A stretch of DNA of 33,116 nucleotides from Chiloscyllium plagiosum (taxonomy: Eukaryota): the NCBI RefSeq assembly GCF_004010195.1, contig NC_057751.1:14034996-14068111 (forward strand), given 5' to 3'. The notes under the pieces are model-generated. The model was given only the letters and a program-made list of their open reading frames with translations. It searched no databases and had not been told where the DNA came from. Of this stretch, positions 10,490 through 21,774 are shown one piece after another (position 1 is the stretch's first letter; every line of letters begins with the position of its first letter). A program made the translations under genes and the position numbers.

Positions 10490-12295
10490 GCAGTGATCAC
10501 CATCCAAACTTCCATCAGTGCTGGAATGATTCCTTTTGAATGGAAGCTCATCACTTTCACCCAGTTATATATAGGAGAGATAACAGGGGACAACACACCC
10601 ATTAGCCTCCCATTTGCAGTAAATTCTACCATTGTCCAACTCACGAAAGACGTGATAACTCGTAATCCAAGTCTCTTGATCTCATCGTGGATCTGCAAAT
10701 GGGAAATTATGTTTAGTGAGTGTGTGAGAACCAGCACTGATAAAGGGAAGCTGATGGAGATAGTATAGTTAGATCTTGAGAAGGCTTTTCATAAGCTCCC
10801 CAACAGAAGGCTGGTTACTATGAATAAAGGGCAGAGGGATAGGAGGTCATGTGCTGGCATGGATGAACAGCCAGAGAGAAGGTAGAAATGGGTTGGTCAT
10901 CACCTTGGCAGACGAACAGTTCTGGGTGGTTCACAGCTTCTGTCTGGATTTGGAGGTTGGTCCCAAATGTAATGTTTCCAAATTTGGCGGATGATGTACA
11001 GCGGATTGGGAATGTGTGTCGGCAGGAAATTGGGAAGTGGCTTCTGGACAGGCTTTTCGAATGGGCAAGGACGTGGTGGATTTGGGAACACTGAGAGGTT
11101 GGTCAGAGGAAGAGATGTGCGGAGTATTTTCACAATGTTCGGAAGGTGGACAGTGTGCACGTACAAAGGGACCCAGGTTTCCTCATTGACAAGTCACCGA
11201 AGGCTGACTTGCAGTGCACCAAGTTCATCGGAAGGCTAATGGAAGTTTCACCTCCAGTGCAAGAGGATTACAGTACAGGAGCATGAACTCTTCGTTCAGT
11301 TGTATTGGAGCTTGGTTAGACTGCTCTGAGAGTGTTGTATGCAATTTTGACCTCCTTACTGCTACAGAGGGAGGGGCAACACAGATTCACCAGAATTGTT
11401 CCTGGGACGGTGGGACTGGTGCCCTGGAGAGAAATCTGGGCTGTATTCTCCAAAGTTGTGAAGAATGACAGGTGATGTCTTTGCAATTTACGAAGTGTTT
11501 CAGGGGATCGACAGAGTAGAGTCATAGAGTCCTAGAGATGTACAGCACGGAAACAGACCCTTCGGTCCAACCCGTCCATGCCGACCCAGATATCCCAACC
11601 CAATCTAGTCCCACCTGCCAGCACCTGGCCCATATCCCTCCAAACCCTTCCTATTCATATACCCATCCAAATGCCTCTTAAATGTTGCAATTGTACCAGC
11701 CTCCGTCACATCCTCTGGCAGCTCATTCCATACACACACCACCCTCTGTGTGAAAACTTGCCCCTTAGGTCCATGTTATATCTTTCCCCTCTCACCCTAA
11801 ACCTATGCCCTCTCGTTCTGGACTCCCCCACCCCAGGGAAAAGACCTTGTCTATTCACCCTATCCATGCCCCTCATGATTTTATAAACCTCTATAAGGTC
11901 ACCCCTCAGCCTCCGACGCTCCAGGGAAAACAGCCCCAGCCTGTTCAGCCTCTCCCTGTAGCTCAAACCCTCCAACCCTGTAGATGGGGAGCTCAGGTAT
12001 TTACCCCAGGTTGGGGAGTCTAGACTGAAGGGGTGCAATTTAAAACTAAGAGGGATACCACTTAGATGCAAGATGAGGAAATAAATATGACCCTGGAGGG
12101 GATGAGGATGATGAATCTTTGGAACTCTCTGCCCCAGAGGGCTCAGTACATTTCAGGTCACCTTTAGGTAAATCTTCAGCTATTCATGACGTGAAGGGTT
12201 GTGGAGGTGACATTGTAATGTTGGTCAGCTATGATGGTGCTGAATGTTGGGCCAGGTTCACTGGGCTGAGTGACCTGCACCTCTTGCCATGTTCC
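10490..12295 (+). mobile_element. Old CR1 LINE, decayed RT domain through 3' tail, interrupted at 11521-11980
   Basis: Decayed motifs in order: GMIPFEWKLITFTQLY...PISL (cf. G.VP.DWK.A.V.PL.K..NYRP.SL), 'EIV*LDLEKAFHKLPNRRL' (cf. VYLDFQKAFDKVPH.RL), AATTTGGCGGATGAT (FADD), SARGLQYRS, then the tail after 11985. Confidence 0.8.
11521..11980 (-). mobile_element. Young HER1/CR1 LINE, 5'-truncated 3' fragment
   Basis: Minus-strand GLEGLSYRERLNRLGLFSLERRRLRGDLIEVYKIMRGMDRVN, tail ending in (CTATGACT)-like repeats. Highly similar to the copies at 21889-22365 and 32511-33116. Confidence 0.95.
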
Positions 12296-12407
12296 AAGAA
12301 GAATTCTCGATGCAAAGACACGCTGTCTTCCATTTGCTTTATTTAACAGCAACAACTCCATCATTTATGGGATTCCAAGAATGGACATGGAAAAGGAATG
12401 CTGGAGG

Positions 12408-12470
12408 CCCTCTCTCCCTCCCTCCCCCCCCCCCTTCCCTCCATCCCTCCCTCCCTCCCTCCTTCCTTCT
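12408..12470. repeat. (CCCT)n / poly-C polypyrimidine tract
   Basis: About 60 nt of almost pure C/T. Confidence 0.85.
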
Positions 12471-12555
12471 CAGAGGTGCTTTCATTTCCAGTTGCTGTGT
12501 AAGGTCCCAGTGTTGAGGCCTGAATATGCACGGGGGGGGGGGTTGTGCAGATGGA

Positions 12556-12620
12556 AGAACATCGAACATAGAAAATTACAGCACAGAACAGGCCCTTTGG
12601 CCCACAATGTTGTGCCAAGG
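12556..12620 (-). mobile_element. Short 3' tail of another CR1 subfamily
   Basis: AGAACATCGAACATAGAAAATTACAGCACAGAACAGGCCCTTTGGCCCAC is the reverse complement of a CR1 tail with (CTATGTT)n-type terminal repeats. Confidence 0.65.
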
Positions 12621-12647
12621 ATTAATGCTAATGTAAAATAAAATGGT

Positions 12648-12955
12648 GGGCGGCACGGTGGCACAGTGGTTATCACTGCTGCCTCACAGCGCCAGAGACC
12701 CGGGTTCAATTCCCGCCTCAGGCGACTGACTGTGTGGAGTTTGCACGTTCTCCCCGTGTCTGCGTGGGTTTCCTCCGGGTGCTCCGGTTTCCTCCCACAG
12801 TCCAAAGATGTGCAGGGTCAGGTGAATTGGCCATGCTAAATTGCCTCATAGTGTGAGGTTAGGGGCATGGGTGGGTTGCGCTTCGGCGGGTCAGTGTGGA
12901 CTTGTTGGGCCGAAGGGCCTGTTTCCACGCTGTAATGTCATCTAATCTAATCTAA
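12648..12955 (+). mobile_element. HE1 SINE, full length, young
   Basis: GGGCGGCACGGTGGCACAGTGGTTATCAC head, B-box GGTTCAATTCC, intact V-domain, single internal unit, (TCTAA)3 terminus. Confidence 0.95.
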
Positions 12956-13419
12956 AAGACCTTACCTGTGCACCCCACCAGGGTTATCCAGGTTGAACTC
13001 CATAATGCTTATTTTCACAGGAACATAGAATTGCTCTGACTGGACAGAGCCTTGGTGAGCCCACTCCCAGCGTACTATGTGCAGGTTTGATCATCTGAGT
13101 AGGAAGGGACACAGTCGTGTTGGAAATGGTCCATGGAAGGTTAACTTGACTGTTGGGAGGAAGGGAGCTTCTCTTGTGAGAGAGGGTTGACCTTGTCTCC
13201 TCTGGCATTGAGAAGAATCTGTGAGCCCTATCAAAAGAGATCAGGGACAGGGGTGGTTCCCAGAGGTGTTGGCTTTTGGTGAAAGAGCGATTGTGGACAA
13301 GGTGGGTGCAGTCCGAGGAGCGAGAGCACATCAGCGCCTCTTAGTGGGGGGGTGGGGGCGGTGCAGGGAACACGACTGTCAGCAGCAGCGACAAAAGACT
13401 TGCTCATCCAGCTGTTCAG

Positions 13420-13505
13420 CAATGTTCACACACCCACTCTGGAGCAGGTGGGGCTTGAACCTCCGAGCTCAGAGGTAAGGACGTTACCATCCCACCACAG
13501 GGCTC
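13420..13505 (-). mobile_element. Short tRNA-derived SINE head fragment (family unassigned)
   Basis: Reverse complement GTGGTGGGATGGTAACGTCCTTACCTCTGAG...GGTTCAAGCCCCACCTGCTCCAGAG has A-box-like and B-box-like motifs. Confidence 0.5.
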
Positions 13506-13527
13506 TGCAAGCTTTAGGCGGGGGTAG

Positions 13528-13640
13528 GTACTGCAGATGCTGGAGATGGGAGTCAAGATTCGTGTGGTCCTGGAAAAGCACAGCAGGTCAGGCAGCGTCC
13601 GAGGAGCAGGAAAGTCGACGCAGAAGCCCTTCATCAGGAA
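13528..13640 (-). mobile_element. Penelope-like pseudo-LTR fragment with a broken hammerhead core
   Basis: Reverse complement TTCCTGATGAAGGGCTTCTGCGTCGACTTTCCTGCTCCTCGGACGCTGCCTGACCTGCTGTGCTTTTCCAG...CTCCAGCATCTGCAGT. CTGATGA is present but the GAAA half is missing. Same family as 19240-19300. Confidence 0.7.
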
Positions 13641-13727
13641 CGCTTTAGTCAGCTCAGCAGCTTGATCTGTAGGAGGCGCTCTTACCCTGTAGCAGCAGCC
13701 ATCAGACCTATTGCAGGCTGACTGTGA

Positions 13728-13835
13728 CAGTTCAGTTGGATGTGATGCAGAGAGAGATACCAACAGCCTGGGTTCAATTCCCATGCCAGCTGAGGTTACC
13801 ATAAAGGACTCTCCTTCTCAGCCTCTCCCCTCAAT
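13728..13835 (+). mobile_element. tRNA-related SINE fragment (second family)
   Basis: B-box GGGTTCAATTCC followed by GCTGAGGTTACCATAAAGGACTCTCCTTCTCAGCCTCTCCCCTC, recalled as a dispersed shark repeat. Confidence 0.5.
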
Positions 13836-14118
13836 ATGTGAGGCATAGGGATAAAGTGCGACCAGTGAGAGAGTGCGACTCAGGGTCCTTTCTAAACCTT
13901 GATGGCCCTCCTTGAGCTGACCTCAAAAAAAAACCAAAGGCAGCCTAATTTGCTCCTTCTGGAAACCAGCATGGACACAACGGGTGGAAAGGCCTCCTGC
14001 TGTGCAAGGTAACCTGCTCTCTCCTGGTGACTTGAGGTGCAAACAGGAAGGTACCGCAGAGTCATAGTTAGTGTCACCCTGTGTTAGCCGTTCCGCACTG
14101 TATCAGCTTTGCATGGTC

Positions 14119-14450
14119 GTAGAGTCATAGAGATGGACAGCACAGAAACTGACCCTTCGGCCCAACCCGTCCATGCCGACCCCAGATATTCCCAACCCAA
14201 TCTAGTCCCACCTGCCAGCACCCGGCCCATATCCCTCCAAACCCTTCCTATTCATATACCCATCCAAATGCCTCTTAAATGTTGCAACTGTACCAGCCTC
14301 CATCACATCCTCTGGCAGCTCGTTCCATACACGCACCACCCTCTGTGTGAAAAAGTTGCCCCTTTCGGTCCCTTTTATATCTTTCCCCTCTCGCCGTAGA
14401 TCAATGCCCCTCTCGTTCTGGACTCCCCCACCCCAGGGAGAAGAGCTTGT
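14119..14450 (-). mobile_element. HER1/CR1 LINE 3' fragment
   Basis: Minus-strand RGNFFTQRVVRVWNELPEDVMEAGTVATFKRHLDGYMNRKGLEGYGPGAGRWD* plus tail. Confidence 0.95.
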
Positions 14451-16344
14451 CATGCCTCTGCCTGATCTTCGGATGGTGCTGTGGAGGGTATTCACTTTTG
14501 AAGGGCGAGATGCAAAGGGAGGTAATTGGAAAGGCATTACCGGGGATGTGTGCCCGAGATGACTGTGTTCCCCTGATGGAAGTCCTTGTGACAGTGCGGG
14601 GCTGGCTTCTGGCGAGATTTCAGTAGCCCAAGCTGACAGGAAATGTCACTCTCTTGGAACTGTTGGCACACATAGAAACAGCTCAGCAATACCCTCCAGC
14701 ACAGTGATCTGGTTCCTCATTACAGGCAGTCCAAGTTGATGTTCAGCATGTGCTGTAGGAGGCGCTCTTACCCCATGCTGTGAAGGCAGAAGCTTGGGTT
14801 TGAGAGCAGCCATCAGACCTATCGCTGACTGTTTCTCAGCAAATCTCTGCAAGTCTTCTGTTATTCCTTCCCATTCAGCCCCCAGATTGTTATCCGAATG
14901 CAGGGTTGTTACTTAGCCCTCAATAAGCCAGCAGCTCTTGTGGCTAAAGAACAGAATCCTCCAACCTGTGGACTCAGGCTGGTTAGATGTTCCTTTTACC
15001 CATGGTGGTGGTACCCAGTGGTTGCTTCCTGTTCTGTGTACCTCTCTCCTGACCTGTCTGTAGTATCCCCATGGAACCCTCTGTGGATTCTGAAAGGATC
15101 CGCGCTATCTCCCAGACTGAACGGAATGGTACCCGATCTCTTCAAAGATTTGGATTGGACACAAAGAGGCGATCTCCCTGAGACCTCAAAGGCTCTCTAA
15201 GGTGGGGGTGAACGTGTCCTTTGAGCTGACAATCGTCATGGGGTGTGAGTAACTGTTGCCGGGAGGCCTGACACCAGACAATCCCGAACAGTTTCAGTCA
15301 CGTCCAGGAAACCCTGTTCAGACTTTGAGCAGAAGGCCAGAGATGTGCATGTGGCCAGCAGTTGGAGCTGCTGACTGTGCAAGGGTTCACTTCCAGCGCT
15401 GACTTGACAATTGCCTCACTTTTGGCTAGCTGTGGAGAGTCTGTCATCCTGCAGTGAAGGGCACAGTTCCCAGGACAGAGGTGTGGACTTGCTGGAGTTG
15501 TCTGAGGACAGCTGGCCCCCACACTGTGTTCGCGTGGGGTCGGAATTGTCACGTTGCTGTTGAGACGATGCAGAGGGACTGGGCTGATGGGATCTTCCTG
15601 TGCAGTCATCGCTGAAAGGGCTGTGCACTGTCAAAACGCAGAGTTCAGGGAAATCTCCAGCGGCAGCAACAACAACTGGCACTTGCATGGCACCCTGACT
15701 CTGACAAAGCACCATGCGGTGCTCCCAGAGCGTCACAGGATGTGTTGGACTCCAGCTGAAGATTGAAATGACAGCGGTGACATCCGAAGCTGGGCAGAAG
15801 AGAAAGGCAGGACTTGGTGGGAAATCAAATTTGTCCAGGAGAGACTGCAAAAGACCACCCTGCCAGGAGATGACACAAGGGCTGCAGTGAAACAGAGTGC
15901 ACTGGCATCAGGTGGTGGGGAAGGTGACATTCATTCCCATGAAGTTAACAATGTAAAGGATTGGAAACCTGGAAAAAGCTAAACGCTTCAGGAATGCAGA
16001 GAGTCCGGGAGATACTGGTCTTCACAATGATCAACAGGTCCTTGGACATGAAACCTTCAACTTCATGAGCAATTCAGAAAGCAAAGGGTCTGTCCGCTCA
16101 GTTACAAAATACCAGAGTGCCTTGCCTGCAGTTTTTGGGGGACATCTCTGAGTGCATAGAGTGAGGGTCTTGGTGATACCACCTCACAGGGATGTGCAGC
16201 AGTCAGTCAGAGCCAATAGGTAGATGGTCTTGCAGCAGGGAGCGCAAGACCAGACTGATTCCTTACAAAGAACATGATTCTCGTATGATGTGTGGGAGGC
16301 ACTGATGAGGTCAGTGTTTGATCTCCTCCTTACCCATCAGCTGA

Positions 16345-16605
16345 TGAACTATCCAGGCCACGACAGAGGGCAGTTCAAAGACAACCGCACCGCTGCGGGT
16401 CTGGAGTCAATCTCGGTCCCTCAAGGACGTGGGGAAACCACTCGGGTTTTTAGAACAACAGATGGCAGTTTGTGTTTCCATGAGACGTGTTTTTTTTTCC
16501 CTGAAATGAAATTGTACCTTCTCCCTCGATGGGATTCGAAACCACGTGGGCCAGAACGTAAGCTTGTCGCTGTGGATCACTCATCCCATGACACCCTGTG
16601 TCACC
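16345..16605 (-). mobile_element. Degenerate SacSINE1-like DeuSINE
   Basis: Plus-strand GCGGGTCTGGAGTCA...AAGGACGTGGGGAAACCACTCGGGTTTTTAGAACAA...GATGGGATTCGAAACC fits the recalled SacSINE1 reverse consensus, with a B-box (GGTTTCGAATCCC) on the minus strand. Confidence 0.55.
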
Positions 16606-16624
16606 CTTGGGAAAGATGGAAGGA

Positions 16625-16995
16625 ACGTGGTCTGGGTCCCCTGAAGTTGAGGAGGGTGAGCATTGATCTCATCGAAACCTTGCGAGACTCTGAAGGGGTG
16701 AGAGTCATCAGACTCTGGGAGATGTCTATCCACCCTCGCCCTGAACCCCTCGCCTCGTTGGGTTGGCCAGTCTCGCGGTGAGAGGTTGACCCTTTTTAAA
16801 ACGACAGCCAGGAGAAAGGTCTTGCCAGAAGGTTGTGAATCTTTCGAGCACCGCGCTCCCGAGGGTGTTGTATCTGCTGGGATGTTGGGTTTGTTTCAGA
16901 CTGAGTTGGGACGTTGAGTGCCATGGGGATGGTCTGGATAGAAGATGGTTTTGAATGCTGACGTACCTATCAGGGTCTGAGTGACCTCCGACTGG
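16625..16995 (+). mobile_element. Old CR1 LINE 3' fragment
   Basis: GLGPLKLRRVSIDLIETLRDSEG (cf. GLFSLERRRLRGDLIE.YKI), then CAGAAGGTTGTGAATCTTT and a decayed tail. Confidence 0.7.
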
Positions 16996-18227
16996 TGGTT
17001 GGACCGGGGTCAGAAGGGGTGAATTTCTGTGGGGCGCTCCAGGCCACGATGTGAGTTGTGAGCTGGGTGGCTCAGAGGGAAGGCGGTCAAAACTGCTCAA
17101 GCTCCTCTGAGTCTCCGCCACGCGGTTAACTGTATCACTGCACTGTGAGACCAGGAAGTGGTTTTCCTGACTCACAGAGAGACGGGAGTCGGTGGTGAGG
17201 AAGCCTTCATCAGAGGGAAGAGCTCTGAGGGCAGATTGAGCTGGCCTGGCCACCCGACACTGGCCTGTTAGCTGGTTCCGGTGGCCCGTGGATGCTGACT
17301 CAAGCACACACACTGACAGGTTGTAGAGTCTGCACGGGGAACCAGTCCCAGTGAGGGGGCGGCCGGTGGGCAAAACCTGAACCAGTTACCAGCACACACC
17401 ATTCAGTTTCACAGCATCCCCAAAATACCACAAGAGGTGCTCATGGCGGATTCCCCGTGAAGGTGCAAGGATGGACCTGACAACAGGGGAGGCCACTCGG
17501 CCCATCGGGTCACTGCTGTCCCCTCCCCACAACCTTGGAAGGTGGAGAAACATGAACAGTGCAGAGGGAGCGAGGCTGCTCAGACTGGTGGAGAAGTCTG
17601 GCAGCAGCCTGATCCCATCTGCCAGGGCTTGAACCCCCCATCCCTGGACATGTGGGGGATCCTGGGGGGGGTCAGTCCATGTGTTGAGGGTTCTCAGGCG
17701 ATGGGTTTAAGCCTGGCTAAGAAGCCATTCCCACTCTCCTTTCTCGACCTTGCACCCATTGTTTCCAATCCCTCTTCCCTGATTCCTGAGTGAGGGAATG
17801 ATCGCCCTTTCCCAGCCAGGACAGCTGAAACAAATCACCCCTTGGTCTCTGCTGTTGTGAGGGCATCGATTCACCAGCTGCCAACTGTCTCTGACCTGCG
17901 CATCCTTCCAAAGTGTGCTGCAGCAATCTTCCTTGGCCTGGCGAGAGCTAATCTCACCTCTCCTGCTGCTTCTATCTCTCTCTATTTCTCTCTCACCCGC
18001 TCTCTCCCTCAAAACTCTCCCTGCAGCATGCTGATGCGAGAAACAAGATGCTCTACTCCCTAGTGACAGGGCACGTTGCAATAACCACCCGCATCAGCAG
18101 AAATCTGCGGCTTGTTTTACACGCAGCTGACAGGGAAATCAATTCACCAGCACAGGAACATGATTTCCATACCCAGGTCTGCAGGACTGCAGTCTGCTCA
18201 TCCCGATAGACGCTGCAATTACTCTGA

Positions 18228-19392
18228 ACCATGTACACACACACACGTACACCATTCACAATCCACACTTTCTCTTACCCATATTTACACACACGTACAC
18301 CATTCATAATCCACACTTTCTCTTACTCATGTACACACACACACGTACACCNNNNNNNNNNNNNNNNNNNNNNNNNNNNNNNNNNNNNNNNNNNNNNNNN
18401 NNNNNNNNNNNNNNNNNNNNNNNNNNNNNNNNNNNNNNNNNNNNNNNNNNNNNNNNNNNNNNNNNNNNNNNNNNNNNNNNNNNNNNNNNNNNNNNNNNNN
18501 NNNNNNNNNNNNNNNNNNNNNNNNNNNNNNNNNNNNNNNNNNNNNNNNNNNNNNNNNNNNNNNNNNNNNNNNNNNNNNNNNNNNNNNNNNNNNNNNNNNN
18601 NNNNNNNNNNNNNNNNNNNNNNNNNNNNNNNNNNNNNNNNNNNNNNNNNNNNNNNNNNNNNNNNNNNNNNNNNNNNNNNNNNNNNNNNNNNNNNNNNNNN
18701 NNNNNNNNNNNNNNNNNNNNNNNNNNNNNNNNNNNNNNNNNNNNNNNNNNNNNNNNNNNNNNNNNNNNNNNNNNNNNNNNNNNNNNNNNNNNNNNNNNNN
18801 NNNNNNNNNNNNNNNNNNNNNNNNNNNNNNNNNNNNNNNNNNNNNNNNNNNNNNNNNNNNNNNNNNNNNNNNNNNNNNNNNNNNNNNNNNNNNNNNNNNN
18901 NNNNNNNNNNNNNNNNNNNNNNNNNNNNNNNNNNNNNNNNNNNNNNNNNNNNNNNNNNNNNNNNNNNNNNNNNNNNNNNNNNNNNNNNNNNNNNNNNNNN
19001 NNNNNNNNNNNNNNNNNNNNNNNNNNNNNNNNNNNNNNNNNNNNNNNNNNNNNNNNNNNNNNNNNNNNNNNNNNNNNNNNNNNNNNNNNNNNNNNNNNNN
19101 NNNNNNNNNNNNNNNNNNNNNNNNNNNNNNNNNNNNNNNNNNNNNNNNNNNNNNNNNNNNNNNNNNNNNNNNNNNNNNNNNNNNNNNNNNNNNNNNNNNN
19201 NNNNNNNNNNNNNNNNNNNNNNNNNNNNNNNNNNNNNNNATTCTCCTGCTCCTTGGATGATGCCTGACCTGCTGCGCTTTTTCAGCAACACATTTTCAGC
19301 ACACACTCCCTTACTCATGTACACACACACACGTACACCATTCACAATCCACACTCTCCCTTCCTCATGTACACCCACAAACATGTACACCA
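18228..19392. repeat. ~48-50-bp CA-rich minisatellite on both sides of the 18352-19239 gap
   Basis: Unit CATGTACACACACACACGTACACCATTCACAATCCACACTTTCTCTTACT seen at 18230-18351 and again at 19300-19392. Confidence 0.85.
19240..19300 (+). mobile_element. Penelope-like pseudo-LTR fragment within the minisatellite
   Basis: ATTCTCCTGCTCCTTGGATGATGCCTGACCTGCTGCGCTTTTTCAGCAACACATTTTCAGC is homologous to the reverse complement of 13570-13615. Confidence 0.7.
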
Positions 19393-19508
19393 TCCCGGTG
19401 AAGTCCGTCTGCCATTTCTCTGCCCAGCTCTGCATCCTGTCAATGTCACGCTTCAGCCTTCAATCCTCCTTATTCTCCACAACCCCCACCAATCTTTGTG
19501 TCATCCCT
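19388..19508 (-). mobile_element. CR1 RT internal fragment
   Basis: Reverse complement GATGACACAAAGATTGGTGGGGGTTGTGGAGAATAAGGAGGATTG...CAGAGCTGGGCAGAGAAATGGCAG gives DDTKIGG/VVENKED...QSWAEKWQ. Confidence 0.75.
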
Positions 19509-20913
19509 GCTAGGTTGTGAATGAGACCAGCTACAGTTCCCTCTGAATGATTGATATCCTGGATGAACCACTCTTCCTGACTCTCCCGGCTACCTTCAGG
19601 CTCTCCTCCCTTCCTCCTTCCCATCTCCATGTCTTGGCTTTGGCTATACCTTCCCCTTGCAGCCTTGTTTGCTCTCGCACCATCTGTCCCCTCTTTGTTG
19701 TTGAGTGTGGTGAAGCCGTTTCGACCCTTGTTTCTGAGACCACGCCACAGTGCAGGGAAGGAGTACAAGTCCAGGTGTCTGCTCCAGCTCCCCGCTGAAG
19801 GAGTGCTGCATGGTCAGAGGGGCTGAAGGGGAGGGGGAGATGGAATCCATGTCTGGCCCTTGGAATGGATTTGGAAGGCCCACCTGGACTTTTGAGATGG
19901 AGGAGGGGGTTTTAACCCCTTGGTGGTGTCTTGGGCAAGCCTTATCTCTGAATCAACATCACAGTCACCCTCCCCCCCCACACACACACACCCAAGAGCT
20001 GGCCGTTGTTGGCTGTGGGAGCTTGCTATCTCCTGACAGGCTGCTCTGTTTATGACTTAGTGACAGTATTGTCACCTGTAAAATGTACTCAGCAGCAGGA
20101 AAGCGGTGGGTCATGCCTTGAGGCTGGACAGAACCACCAGGGTTTCTGTTTCTCTCCCTGTGTTGCTGCACTTTCACATCCTGAATGAGCCCACACGTGT
20201 TAAACTGGCTTAAAACCTTCCACCGCTTTCTCCCGCCCACCCCAGTCCTCCTCCGTCTCTGGGCGGTGAATCTTATCTTCCGCCGTCCCTGTGAACGCTG
20301 TTGTGCCCCTCCTCCTCCTCAGAGGTTGCAGACCCGTCCCCAACTCTCCCTGGGTTCAGTGTCAGCAGTAGCCACTCCAGTCGCCCAGTGTGCCGGTCTC
20401 TGTATTGTTTGGTACCCCCCATCTGGCTAACCATGTTCCAGCTTTGGCATCACCCCTGTACTGTGGGCGTCCTCAGTCGAACGAGCGACAGGGAGGTGTT
20501 TCTCTCAGGGTGTTGGGATGGGGCAGGAGTACTGCATTTTCCTTTGCCCAGCCCTGGTGGTTTGAGAGTGCACGTCAGCAAGAACTATATTTAACTGCAA
20601 CGTCAGACAGCACAGCTCTGCATCAGCACTGTCACGGTGTAATCAGCTCCAGATGAAAAATGATCTTGGCTGTGTGCATTCATGTTCTCAAACAGATATT
20701 TGGCCTCAAGCTACCAAAGGCAGAGAGTATACCCTCCTCAATATGTTTCTTTTGCTGCTTTGTAGGAGAGCTAACATTGATCTCACTATCCCGCAGCCTT
20801 GATCTGTTGCAAATCTGAAAACATCCATTGGTGAGGAGAGCAGGGCAAATTGAGAAGGAATCCAGCAAGCAGAAAAAGCAAGTCACAGTCTCTTCTCACT
20901 CACCTGTGTGTAT

Positions 20914-21285
20914 GCACACTCACACTGACGGATACACACACACGCGCACACAGACACACACACAGATACACAGACACACACACACACACGCACACAGACA
21001 CACACACACACACGCACACACTCACACACACCCACACACACACATACTAACACACACCCACACACTTGCAGACACAGACACACACTCATACACACTCACN
21101 NNNNNNNNNNNNNNNTTCTCTTTGTCGAACTCTGACACACACACACACACACACACACACTCTCACTCTCTATCTCTCTTCCACACATATATTCTCTCTC
21201 TTACACGCACACACAGACACACACTCTCACTCTCACTCACACACAGACACAGACACACTCTCACTCTCACTCACACACAGACACA
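20914..21285. repeat. Compound (CA)n/(CACAGA)n/(CACTCT)n microsatellite
   Basis: About 370 nt dominated by CA dinucleotides, with a small internal gap. Confidence 0.95.
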
Positions 21286-21422
21286 ACTTCTTTCTTCCTG
21301 TGTGTGCTTTCTGATTTGAATATCAGACTCAGTCCCACACATCATCTGCTGCATATTCTGGTGACCATCTACACCAGGACTGGAGTCACCAATGCTGTGT
21401 TGATCTGTCCCTTTCACTGCAG

Positions 21423-21539
21423 TGGCTAAGCTTTATGCTGTCAGGCCAGGTGGAGAATGGGAGATTGACAACTCCTCGTGACCTCTCAAGTGATTATTCT
21501 TCCCCACTGAAGACCTTTAGCACAGTTTTCACTGGGTGG
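21423..21539 (+). CDS. Candidate next exon of the INPP5F/SAC2-like gene (equivalent to exon 4)
   Basis: Strong acceptor tgatctgtccctttcactgcag, donor TGG|gtgagg, 117 nt, phase 0-0 as required after 5456, no stop. WLSFMLSGQVENGRLTTPRDLSSDYSSPLKTFSTVFTGW shares only LKTF(S/T) with recalled human exon 4 (SKFLLKTFTHIK). Confidence 0.35.
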
Positions 21540-21774
21540 GTGAGGCACCCCCCCCCCAAAGGACAGAGCAGACATGGCAACTGGTCCCTTCCTCAAGCTG
21601 AGCAGGCCCCAGTTCTCTCTCTCTCCACCCCAGGGGGATGTTTTTCTGAACTTCAAGGCCCCATACCCTTGTTTCCCAGAACGGTTTCGGTTCTTGCAGG
21701 GTTTGTAGCTTCATGTGATTCACTGGGAGTGCTCAGTGTTTCATGCTGCTGGTCGCTTCTGCCTCACTGATGCT

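Noticed and set aside
12648..12725. tRNA genes
   Set aside because: The tRNA-like A/B boxes continue directly into V-SINE bodies; they are SINE heads with no full cloverleaf.
13615..13640. Functional hammerhead in the pLTR fragment
   Set aside because: The CCGAAA half has been deleted; it is a relic only.
20766..20881. SAC2 exon 4/5-like lysine-rich segment (GQIEKESSKQKKQ)
   Set aside because: All three frames after the nearest acceptor contain stops and the donor is poor.
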